Source: Clostridia bacterium (GTDB lineage Bacteria; Bacillota; Clostridia; DSM-8532). From it: a stretch of 57,129 nucleotides of DNA. The first letter of the stretch is position 1; the number at the start of each line of letters is the position of its first letter. Positions 46,731-55,064 of this stretch are shown piece after piece. The stretch is from positions 1 to 57,129 of the forward strand of contig JAIFNI010000061.1 of NCBI GenBank assembly GCA_020047785.1, given 5' to 3'. Below the pieces are notes generated by a model. It saw only the letters and a program-made list of their open reading frames with translations. It had not been told where the DNA came from and searched no databases. Position numbers and translations under genes: made by a program.

Positions 46731-46741
46731 AACATGGTTAC

Positions 46742-46774
46742 ACCTCGAAAAGTCGCATTGCGACTCTTCGAGGT
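46742..46774. other. Additional 15-bp stem-loop (one A/C mismatch) between element A and the ATPase start
   Basis: acctcgaaaagtcgc (46742-46756) / gcgactcttcgaggt (46760-46774), loop att. Confidence 0.7.
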
Positions 46775-46809
46775 CCAATCATAGCATCAAGTCCTCGAGG
46801 TGCATGCTT

Positions 46810-48105
46810 ATGAAAACAAGTTACATGCAACGGATCGTTGATAGTGAATTGTCTGACCGCCTGGACGCAATGGGTGCGGTGTTGATTACTGGTCCCAAGT
46901 GGTGCGGGAAAACGACAACAGCAATCCAAAAAGCAAAAAGTGTTTTAAAAATGCAGGATCCCGACAAAACAGCAGCCTATTTGGCCACCGCTCAAACAAA
47001 ACCGTCATTGCTGTTAATCGGAGATAATCCAAGGCTGATTGACGAATGGCAAATGGCACCGGTTTTGTGGGATGCGGTCAGAACAGCAGTCGACGAACGC
47101 AATGAAGAAGGCCTTTTCATTTTGACAGGCTCAACAACGATTGATTACTCGCAAATCATGCATTCCGGTACAGGCAGGATATCCAGACTCGTCATGCGCC
47201 CGATGAGCTTATATGAATCAAAAGAATCAAGTGGAAGCATATCATTAAAGAGTTTGTTTGATGACAGAGACCTGGAAATAGATGGGATTCAATCTCCGTT
47301 GTCCATTGAAAAACTAATCTTTGCTGCATGCAGAGGTGGATGGCCATCCAGTTTATCAAAGAAAAATGATAAGGCGAGTTTGTTTGTTGCAAGTTCCTAT
47401 ATCGATGACATATGTGAAAATGACGTTTCAACAGTTGATGGGACAAAAAAAGAGCCACAAAGAGTGCGCGCATTGCTTCGGTCCTATGCCAGAAATATTG
47501 CGACTTCGGCAGCAAACACAACGGTTCTCAAGGATATGAACGCGAATTTTGATAATATGGTTGAATCAACAATGTACGCCTATTTGGATGCATTGAACAG
47601 AATATTCGTCATTGATGATATTCCTGCCTGGAGTCCTTCCATCCGGTCTAAAACATCCATAAGAGGAAAAAACAAAAAACTGTTTATTGATCCGTCCATC
47701 GCGGTTGCTGCATTAAGGTTGTCTCCGGAATTATTGATGCAAGACATGAACACTTTTGGATTCCTGTTTGAAAATTTATGTGTCAGAGACTTAAAAGTGT
47801 ATTCAAGCAAACTTGGAGGGCAAATCTCCTATTATCATGATCGTTTTGGACTGGAAGCGGATGCTGTATTGCATCTTGATGACGGCAGATATGCGCTGAT
47901 AGAATTCAAGCTTGGAAGTAGAGATATTGAAGACGCGTCAAAACACCTCCTGCAGCTAAAAGAACTGGTAATAAAATATAACCAGAACACGCAAACATCA
48001 AAAATAAGAGAACCTGATTTACTGGTAGTCATCACTGGTGGGGAACTTGCTTATTCAAGAAAAGATGGTGTGAAAATCATCCCTGTCGGCTGTTTGAAAG
48101 ACTAA
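46810..48105 (+). CDS. AAA ATPase with DUF4143 / PD-(D/E)xK-like C-terminal domain (COG1373-type)
   Basis: ORF 46804..48105. ATG 46810 lies 7 nt after GAGGTG. Walker A GPKWCGKTT, Walker B-like FILTGS, C-terminal EADAVL...ALIEFKLG nuclease-like motif. Visibly AT-richer than its neighbours (not computed). Confidence 0.8.
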   Translation: MKTSYMQRIVDSELSDRLDAMGAVLITGPKWCGKTTTAIQKAKSVLKMQDPDKTAAYLATAQTKPSLLLIGDNPRLIDEWQMAPVLWDAVRTAVDERNEEGLFILTGSTTIDYSQIMHSGTGRISRLVMRPMSLYESKESSGSISLKSLFDDRDLEIDGIQSPLSIEKLIFAACRGGWPSSLSKKNDKASLFVASSYIDDICENDVSTVDGTKKEPQRVRALLRSYARNIATSAANTTVLKDMNANFDNMVESTMYAYLDALNRIFVIDDIPAWSPSIRSKTSIRGKNKKLFIDPSIAVAALRLSPELLMQDMNTFGFLFENLCVRDLKVYSSKLGGQISYYHDRFGLEADAVLHLDDGRYALIEFKLGSRDIEDASKHLLQLKELVIKYNQNTQTSKIREPDLLVVITGGELAYSRKDGVKIIPVGCLKD

Positions 48106-48167
48106 CACAGCAAACTGGCCGGCAAAAAGCATGCTGTATTTCTTGACATGTTATTTTTCCCTCATGA

Positions 48168-48380
48168 AAGCTTGATTCTCGTGCAAAAAGTCGTTTTTCG
48201 ACTTTTTCATGCAAGTTGCGATTCGCAACTTGCATGCCTACAGCGGCGATGCCGCTGTAGGGCACGGAATCACGTGATTCGGTGTGTAAATGACACCATC
48301 GGTGTCATTTACATGCAGGATTCCTTTGGAATCCTGCATAACAACTCGCAAATGCGAGTTGTTACACCAGAATCAAGCTT
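48168..48380. other. Multi-hairpin structured element, copy B (same seven stem-loops inside a 12-bp closing helix)
   Basis: Closing helix 48168-48179 / 48369-48380. H1 48185-48207, H2 48208-48236, H3 48237-48261, H4 48263-48284, H5 48286-48312, H6 48313-48339, H7 48340-48363. Confidence 0.85.
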
Positions 48381-48415
48381 GTTTTACTTACAGAATAGCG
48401 CAGGGAGGTGGAAGT

Positions 48416-49087
48416 GTGTTCCATATTCTAGTCTGCGAAGATGAGCGTAACATCCGGAATCTGATGAGCGAGTACCTGAGGGCCGACCATTACAAGGTGT
48501 ATGAAAGCGATAACGGAGAGGCGGCTCTCTCCATTCTGGAAAGCACGCACATCGACTTGCTGATTACAGACATCATGATGCCCGTCATGGACGGGTACGC
48601 GTTGTCGAAGGAATTGCGCGAATCCGGACAGACCCTGCCCATCCTCATGATTACGGCGAAGGAAACGCTGGATGACAAGAAAAAAGGTTTTCATAACGGC
48701 ACCGATGATTACATGGTCAAGCCCATCGACATGGAGGAAATGCTGCTTCGCGTCTCCGCGCTGCTTCGCCGGTCGAAAATCGCCAGCGAGAAGAAGCTGA
48801 TCCTCGGAGACACGGTGTTCGATTATGAAAAATTCTCAGTTACGGTTCAACAAAAGGAAATCGACCTCCCCAAGAAAGAGTTTCAATTAATCTTCATGCT
48901 CCTGTCGGGTGCAGGCAGAATCTTCACCCGACAGCAGATCATGGACGAACTCTGGGGTTATGATTCGGAAAGCGACGGGCAGACGGTGAATGTGCATATC
49001 AGCAGACTGCGGGAACGATTCGGCGGCAACAGGGACTTTGAAATCGTCACGGTCAAAGGACTGGGATACAAGGCGGTCAAACTATGA
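48416..49087 (+). CDS. OmpR-family response regulator
   Basis: GTG start at 48416, 7 nt after GGAGG. ILVCEDE...ITDIMMPVMDG receiver and winged-helix VHISRLRERFG. Confidence 0.85.
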   Translation: MFHILVCEDERNIRNLMSEYLRADHYKVYESDNGEAALSILESTHIDLLITDIMMPVMDGYALSKELRESGQTLPILMITAKETLDDKKKGFHNGTDDYMVKPIDMEEMLLRVSALLRRSKIASEKKLILGDTVFDYEKFSVTVQQKEIDLPKKEFQLIFMLLSGAGRIFTRQQIMDELWGYDSESDGQTVNVHISRLRERFGGNRDFEIVTVKGLGYKAVKL

Positions 49088-50124
49088 AAAAACTGTTCTC
49101 TTCGCTGTTCATGAAGTACATGGTTACCTTCATCGGCATCATGGCCGTATCGAATGTCATCTCGACCCTCATCATGTTTTGGCTGTATGGCGTGGATATC
49201 CGTTTCGCACGGTTCATGATCAGAGAGGAAGGCATGCCTCCCATCACGAACTTTGTATCCGGTTTGGGTCTCGTTACGTTCACGATCAGCGGAATCTGCA
49301 TCTTCATCGCCGTCCGGCTGCTCGTGCGTCCCATCAGGCAGATAACCGCCGCCTCGAAGCGAGTGGCGGAAGGCAATTTCGACATCCATGTCGACGTGTC
49401 GGGTCATGACGAAATTGCCGAACTGGCCGGTAATTTCAATATCATGACCCTTGCCTTGTCGAAAAACGAATACCTTCACAAGGATTTTGTCTCCAATGTC
49501 TCGCATGAATTCAAGACTCCGCTCACATCCTTGCGCGGTTATGCCAAACTGCTGAAAAGACAGGACCTGTCGGAAGAGAAAAGACAGGAATGCCTGGATG
49601 TGCTGATCACGGAAACCGAGCGGCTTTCCCGGATGACATCAGGCCTGCTTCGCCTCTCGGAGCTCGAGCATGAGGTGATCCTGAAACACAAGGAACGTTT
49701 CTGCCTGGATGAGCAGATCCGGGACTCTCTGGTTCTGCTTCAAACCGAGTGGGAGAAGAAGCAACTGGACATCGATCTGGATCTGGAGACTGTGTTTTTC
49801 ACCGGAGACAAGGAACTGATGCACCAGGTGTGGGTGAATCTGATCGGGAATGCAGTACGGTATTCGAATCATAACGGGCTTCTTCGCATCAGGATCCAGG
49901 AGAATGATGGCATCCGGATAGAGGTCACCGACAACGGAATCGGCATGAGGAAAGAAGAGCAGGAGCGGGTGTTTGAGAGATTCTACAAGGCGGACGCGTC
50001 CCGAAGCAGCGCGGGAACGGGCCTGGGCCTGACATTGTGCAAAAAAATCATCGAGCTGCATGGCGGGACCATTTCCGTTCACAGCGAATGGGGAAAGGGC
50101 AGCACCTTCCTTGTGACGTTGTAG
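49084..50124 (+). CDS. Sensor histidine kinase (2 TM, HAMP, HisKA, HATPase_c)
   Basis: Overlaps the regulator stop by 4 nt. SHEFKTPLTSL H-box, GTGLGLTLCKKI G2 box. Confidence 0.88.
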   Translation: MKKLFSSLFMKYMVTFIGIMAVSNVISTLIMFWLYGVDIRFARFMIREEGMPPITNFVSGLGLVTFTISGICIFIAVRLLVRPIRQITAASKRVAEGNFDIHVDVSGHDEIAELAGNFNIMTLALSKNEYLHKDFVSNVSHEFKTPLTSLRGYAKLLKRQDLSEEKRQECLDVLITETERLSRMTSGLLRLSELEHEVILKHKERFCLDEQIRDSLVLLQTEWEKKQLDIDLDLETVFFTGDKELMHQVWVNLIGNAVRYSNHNGLLRIRIQENDGIRIEVTDNGIGMRKEEQERVFERFYKADASRSSAGTGLGLTLCKKIIELHGGTISVHSEWGKGSTFLVTL

Positions 50125-50170
50125 GGCTTCTCCCGCAAACACCCCCATTTTCCCACGACACCTGGCAGTG

Positions 50171-50199
50171 TTGACGTGTTTGTGCCCTCATGATACTGT
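50171..50199 (+). promoter_or_regulatory. Candidate promoter TTGACG - 17 nt - (TG-n-)TACTGT upstream of the nucleotidyltransferase-like gene
   Basis: -35 at 50171-50176, -10 at 50194-50199 with TG at 50191-50192 (extended -10 pattern). Overlaps the small hairpin ccctca/tgaggg. Confidence 0.4.
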
Positions 50200-50233
50200 G
50201 AGGGTGGTTTGATGCGTCAGATGGAGAGTGGAT

Positions 50234-50755
50234 ATGTCAAGAACTTCAGAAGACTTGCTTTTCGACCTGAAGCTGGTTGATAATCTGGTGGGCAGCAGCT
50301 TTGCCGATGCGGATATGACGTTTTATTTTGCAGGAGGCTCCGCATGCATCCTGGCCGGATGGATTGACCGGACAACCAGGGACTTCGATTTTGTCGACCT
50401 TGGCTATTCATCCAAGCTCTCCAAGGTTTTGAAACTTTTGGAGCCATACGATCTTTTGACGAATTATTTCGCTGCGATTCCCAAAAACTACATGGGGCGT
50501 GCGATAAAAATTGAGGGATTCCGCTACATCTCCGTATATGTTTTCTCCAGAGAAGACATTATCGCATCAAAAATTGACCGTATGTCCGACAAAGACATTG
50601 AGGATATCAGGCTGCTGATGGTTGACATCAACATTGAAACCTTGGAAAAATGCATTCAGGAGACGCTGGACAATATCGTCTACGCAGATCGCCGGGGTCG
50701 GTACGAGCTGAATCTTGTAAACTTCCGTCACATGTTCATCAGGGAGACTGTGTGA
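50234..50755 (+). CDS. Minimal nucleotidyltransferase-fold protein (DUF6036/MNT-like)
   Basis: ORF 50228..50755, ATG 50234 after GGAGAG. FAGGSACIL...TRDFDFV fits the G[GS]-x(9-13)-DxD nucleotidyltransferase signature. Confidence 0.6.
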   Translation: MSRTSEDLLFDLKLVDNLVGSSFADADMTFYFAGGSACILAGWIDRTTRDFDFVDLGYSSKLSKVLKLLEPYDLLTNYFAAIPKNYMGRAIKIEGFRYISVYVFSREDIIASKIDRMSDKDIEDIRLLMVDINIETLEKCIQETLDNIVYADRRGRYELNLVNFRHMFIRETV

Positions 50756-50758
50756 ATC

Positions 50759-51181
50759 ATGTATAGAATTGTTCGCGCCAGCATTCAATACTATGATGAC
50801 TTCATGAAGGGGGCCGGTGCAAGGCATAAGCTTGTTGCACCCTTGTTGCTGTTGGTGAGCCTCAATCGGTTTGAAGAGGAAAGAGTCAGGGGAACTGCGG
50901 CGTATATAAATTTATGTGATCTCGTCGACCGCATGAAAGAACTCTTTATGAGCGGCCAAACCAGATATCATCATTTCGGCATGCTGCTTGGAGAACTGCA
51001 GGCTTTGGGGTTTGCCATCCCGGACATGCTTCCTTCCCACATCACGGATCCGGAGACATTGCGGGAGCAGATTGACCTCCTCCTTCAATTTCTTGCAAGC
51101 AGATACCCATATGATGCATATGACAACAAGACAGGCGTACATAATCCCAAATCCAATGAATTCATTTTTATACAGCCGTGA
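50759..51181 (+). CDS. Hypothetical helical protein, tightly coupled to the nucleotidyltransferase-like gene
   Basis: 140-aa ORF starting 3 nt after the upstream stop. No motif recognised. Confidence 0.5.
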   Translation: MYRIVRASIQYYDDFMKGAGARHKLVAPLLLLVSLNRFEEERVRGTAAYINLCDLVDRMKELFMSGQTRYHHFGMLLGELQALGFAIPDMLPSHITDPETLREQIDLLLQFLASRYPYDAYDNKTGVHNPKSNEFIFIQP

Positions 51182-51213
51182 AATGACAAGCAAAAAGCAG
51201 CAGGATGAAGAAT

Positions 51214-51287
51214 CGGCAAGAAGAAACATCATCATGACAAAGACGCGGCAAGAAGAAACATCATCATGACAAAGGCGCGGCAAGAAG
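51214..51287. repeat. 2.3 tandem copies of a 32-nt unit cggcaagaagaaacatcatcatgacaaagRcg
   Basis: Units at 51214-51245, 51246-51277, and partial 51278-51287. Immediately upstream of the DUF1801 gene. Confidence 0.8.
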
Positions 51288-51331
51288 CTGACACGACGAG
51301 AGGAAGACGCTACATGAAGGGGGAACAGCCC

Positions 51332-51706
51332 ATGGAGATCAACGGAGTCACCATCGAAACCATCGATGCCTACATCGCCACTTTCCCGCCGGATGTGCAG
51401 GACAAGATGCATGCGCTCCGCGACTTGATTCGAAGACTGGTGCCGGAAGCATCGGAAAAAATCAGCTGGCAGATGCCGACCTTTTATCTGAAAGGCAACT
51501 TGATCCACTTTGCCGGATTCAACCGTCACATCGGTCTGTATCCGGGTCCCGAAGCCATAGAAGTATTCGAAGATGAGCTGAAGGAACGGAAACTGAAGTA
51601 CTCGAAAGGCGCTGTGCAGTTCCCGCTGGTGGCGCCCGTGCCGTTCGACCTGGTGGAAAAGATTGTTCTTTTCAATGTGGACAGGAATCGGGCACAAAAG
51701 TCGTGA
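51332..51706 (+). CDS. DUF1801 (YdhG-like) domain protein
   Basis: ORF 51266..51706. ATG 51332 lies 6 nt after AAGGGGGAA. IDAYIATFPPDVQ...WQMPTFYLKGNLIHFAGF pattern. Confidence 0.75.
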   Translation: MEINGVTIETIDAYIATFPPDVQDKMHALRDLIRRLVPEASEKISWQMPTFYLKGNLIHFAGFNRHIGLYPGPEAIEVFEDELKERKLKYSKGAVQFPLVAPVPFDLVEKIVLFNVDRNRAQKS

Positions 51707-51802
51707 CGGCTTTAACTGAAAAATGTGCTGGCAGTTCAGGCTGAAAATGCCGTTCGCGGCATCACAGGGATGACTGTTTGCCTGTTGCAGGGAGCAACGC
51801 GG

Positions 51803-52608
51803 ATGGGGATATTCCTGAAAATTGTCAATGCTGGGTGTGATGCGGCACTGCCTCGCCCGTTGAATCGCGCTACGCGGTTGAGCAATATTGCGGCTACGGC
51901 GGGAGCCGGCAGCTATCTGTTTTATGCCTTTTATTACGCGATAAGCGACCTCGCCTTTTTCCTGCCGGCCCTGATCGTGATATGCCTGGCCATTCCTGAC
52001 ATCCTGTCATCCCTGTATCTGAATGCCCGTGGCAAGACATTGGCAGCAGCCATCGTGATGAACGGGTTCATTTCGGTTCCCGTGTTCATCAACATGTGGT
52101 TCTTTTTCGGTGACAGCATCGGCAACCATTACTTTTTCATTTTGTTTTCGTTCCTGCCCGTCATCACAATCGGAAACAAGGGAAAATGGCTGAAAATCCT
52201 GCTTTCCTCCATGAATCTGATTTTTTTCATCATCATCTACAGACATGTCCCCATGACGGACCTGACTGTGAAAATGACTTCGGAAGCCATGAACGCTTCA
52301 CACCGTGCTTCCATCCTGCTCAGTCTTGCAACGGCTGTCACCGTGTTTTTCATCTATCAACAAGCCTTGTATCAAAATGAGACAGTACTCGAGGATAAAC
52401 AGAGACTCTGGAAAGGACATTCCGTGCAGTGAACCGGCTGTCCACCCTGGACGGCTTGACGGCCATATCCAACAGAGTGCATGTGGACCGGCTTATCCAG
52501 CGGGTGGAGGGCGAGCCCGTTGATGCGCTTTACAAAAGAGTGGACGATGCAATGTACAAGTCGAAGGAAATGGGTCGCAACCGGGTTTATCCCGGCCCGG
52601 GAGAATAA
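51803..52608 (+). pseudogene. Decayed membrane-bound GGDEF diguanylate cyclase (frameshift near 52396-52432 and internal deletion of the catalytic core)
   Basis: Multi-TM ORF ends at 52432. An overlapping frame continues ...TETLERTFRAVNRLSTLDGLTAISNR then jumps to ...DALYKRVDDAMYKSKEMGRNRVY-stop (52606-52608). No GG(D/E)EF motif remains. Confidence 0.6.
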
Positions 52609-52610
52609 TG

Positions 52611-53849
52611 TTATCCGCACACCACCCGCATCGCCGTCTCCGCCCACTGCGTCAGCCTTTGCGGCTGATAGTGCACGGTGGAGACATCCTTCAGGATATA
52701 CTCCAGATTAACCTGGTTCCGACGGGCGGCCTTCAAGGTCAACAGCAGGTCTTTTTCGATTTCGACGCAATCCAGTGAGGATTCCGCCAGCAGGGCCGGT
52801 GTCGGTTTATCCGACATGACCAGGGAGGGGCCAATCTTCTCGGCAAAAGCATCCCGCAGACTCCACGGGCTGCACGATACCTTTCGTACATTGGGAATCC
52901 GCTTCACAATATCCAGCCGGTCATCCAGCCTGTCGCAGCATCCATAATAAATCATCCCGAAACACGCCGCCATGCGGGTGATGTAAGGCAGTTCGAATTC
53001 TTCGGTGACAGCCGGAGAAACCGATGAAAAGAGCTGTGCCAGACCGAATGCCCAGGAATTCTTCGCGGATGGTCCTTTCCCTTCACCGAAGTCGGGCAGC
53101 AGTTCATCGGTATAGGTATGCGAACAATGGCAGAGGCTGATGGTGTCGTTGTGGATACCAAGCGCCTCGGCCTGCCTGATGCCGGCCATCACGGATGACG
53201 TGATCCGCTCCATGCAGGCATGCAGGAATTCCGGTCGGTCCATCAGATCGAAATATATGTCCTGCACCCCCATCAGCATGGACAGGTAATCCCAGACACC
53301 CAGATGGAATTGCAAACCTGAACTCTGCCGGACCGGCGCAATCCCGTCGAAGAGATCCCGCGCCTGTTCCATCCATCGCGCGCTCTCCCCGACATCATGC
53401 GTGATGACCATGTCCTTAATCTTTTCGATATCTTCCTCATTCTTCAGCTGGTTGTGGAAACGGTGGGAGACGACATCGCTGACGGCATCCGTCATCTGCG
53501 TGTCCTCATCGATGCGGATGCCGTACCCGCTGTTCCGGATGGACTTCGGAATCGTGAGGAAGGGTTCCAGCACCATATCCACAGGGAAGTGGTTCCATTT
53601 GTAGAGTGTCTGCCGCAATTCCCGTTCAAGCTGCTGACAGAGAGGGTCCCGGGTCTGTAAAGTCAGTTCCCCCTCCCCATTCAGCTCATGCCACGGAAGT
53701 TGGTCGATAAGAACCATCGGGCGCTGCATCTTTCCCCGGTTCAGGGCCTTCCAGAGTTCCATCTTTTCACGCTGGACTGGCAGCATGGCCGCATCCATGT
53801 ACGTGGATGCCAGGGTACGGAGAATTTCCTTATCCTGTTGCGTATGCAT
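52611..53849 (-). CDS. Hypothetical protein, tentatively URO-D-like TIM-barrel superfamily
   Basis: 412-aa ORF, AAGGAG RBS. C-terminal ...YYGCCDRLDDRLDIV... pattern resembles distant URO-D-like proteins. The assignment is weak. Confidence 0.45.
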   Translation of the reverse strand: MHTQQDKEILRTLASTYMDAAMLPVQREKMELWKALNRGKMQRPMVLIDQLPWHELNGEGELTLQTRDPLCQQLERELRQTLYKWNHFPVDMVLEPFLTIPKSIRNSGYGIRIDEDTQMTDAVSDVVSHRFHNQLKNEEDIEKIKDMVITHDVGESARWMEQARDLFDGIAPVRQSSGLQFHLGVWDYLSMLMGVQDIYFDLMDRPEFLHACMERITSSVMAGIRQAEALGIHNDTISLCHCSHTYTDELLPDFGEGKGPSAKNSWAFGLAQLFSSVSPAVTEEFELPYITRMAACFGMIYYGCCDRLDDRLDIVKRIPNVRKVSCSPWSLRDAFAEKIGPSLVMSDKPTPALLAESSLDCVEIEKDLLLTLKAARRNQVNLEYILKDVSTVHYQPQRLTQWAETAMRVVCG

Positions 53850-53944
53850 GGTTCACACTCCTTTTTCGACCTGAGGGGGTTGAGAGGAAAAATCAATCCA
53901 AGAGATTGAGCGAAAGAAACAATCCGAGGCTTTTGAGGAAAAAA

Positions 53945-54958
53945 TCAATCTCTGGCCGCTTCCGCCATGGCCAATACATTTTCAGGCGGAACATTCGGCA
54001 GGATTTCCTCATGACTCGGAGAAATGACAATATTGGGTCCGAGGATATCCCGCACGCGATGCACCTCATCCCTTATCTGCTGCGGGGTGGACTGGACAAA
54101 AAAGGACTGCGCATCAATTCCGCCGACAAACGCCAGATCATGCTTGTATTGGGCCAAACTTGCCGCGTCCATGCCCGTGGCTCCGGCCTGAATGGGGTGC
54201 AGGGCATCTACGCCTGCTTCAATGAGGTCCGGAATGATCCGGTAAATGGAGCCACAGGAATGAAGCAGAATCTTTTTCCCGTGCTTCTTCCCCAGCGCGA
54301 TGAGGCGTTTGAAGGAAGGAAGCACAAACTTTCGGAACGCATCCGGCGAAATGATCAGGTCCCGCTGGGTACCGAAGTCGTTGCCGAAAAACATCACGTC
54401 CGCTTGTGCGCCGAGGCCTGCAAAGAACAGTTCCCCCGCTGCCACATACCAATCCGTGATGCGTTCCGTTGCGGCTTCGACCACTGCCGGATTCTCGTAC
54501 ATCTGGACGAAATAGTTCTCCATGCCGAAAAAGTCCGCGATGTTGTGGAAGAATGGACTCCACATGCCGGTAAAGACCGCCTTGTCAGGAAAAGCTCCGA
54601 TTTGCGCATAGATTTCCGTGAAGTCGCAGAACGCCGGATCCGGCCAGGGATACTTTTCGATTTCGGCGACTGTCTCCGCTTGTGCAAAACATCCACCGGC
54701 ACTCAGGGTGTGCCGCCCTTCCGTTCCCCAGGCCGGATCCAGGGCAGGCAGCCCGGCAGGATGCCGATACCCCGAGTCTGCAATGAACCAGCGGCAGTCA
54801 TCCTGCAAGTGGGTATAGATGGCCTCCCGCGTCTCGGGAATCCCCCACGCGGCTGCATAGATCGGGATGGTTTTGTCATTCGGGTGGCCTGTCCACATGG
54901 CACCGGTTCCGTCGCTCTTTCTGTTGAAGACGGAAAGGACTTTATCCCTGGAATTCAT
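53945..54958 (-). CDS. URO-D (uroporphyrinogen decarboxylase / MtaA-like) family protein
   Basis: ORF 53945..54976. ATG 54958 lies 9 nt after AAGGAG. LLHSCGSIYRIIPDLIEAGVDALHPIQ pattern. Confidence 0.7.
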   Translation of the reverse strand: MNSRDKVLSVFNRKSDGTGAMWTGHPNDKTIPIYAAAWGIPETREAIYTHLQDDCRWFIADSGYRHPAGLPALDPAWGTEGRHTLSAGGCFAQAETVAEIEKYPWPDPAFCDFTEIYAQIGAFPDKAVFTGMWSPFFHNIADFFGMENYFVQMYENPAVVEAATERITDWYVAAGELFFAGLGAQADVMFFGNDFGTQRDLIISPDAFRKFVLPSFKRLIALGKKHGKKILLHSCGSIYRIIPDLIEAGVDALHPIQAGATGMDAASLAQYKHDLAFVGGIDAQSFFVQSTPQQIRDEVHRVRDILGPNIVISPSHEEILPNVPPENVLAMAEAARD

Positions 54959-55064
54959 GCGTTGTTTCTCCTTCACGGTTTCTGATTTTCACGGCCTTCA
55001 TTGCGACCTTTCCTTATCTGTTTGATTCTGCTTCAGGCCCGTTCGTTTCAACTGAATCAACCCA

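Noticed and set aside
46526-46732. ORFs running through the hairpin elements (46526..46732, 68 aa, and 48148..48444, 98 aa; Cys/His-rich translations).
   Set aside because: They have no ribosome-binding site. The open frames are a by-product of stop-free palindromes. Differences between the copies track base-pairing rather than codon positions.
46526-48380. Interpreting the hairpin elements as integron attC sites, retron msr/msd, a type III antitoxin repeat array, or IS200/IS605 ends.
   Set aside because: attC is a single long imperfect palindrome with GTTRRRY/RYYYAAC ends, which are absent here. No reverse transcriptase, integron integrase or TnpA/TnpB gene is in the window. Type III antitoxins are direct repeats of one unit, whereas the seven hairpins here all differ from one another.
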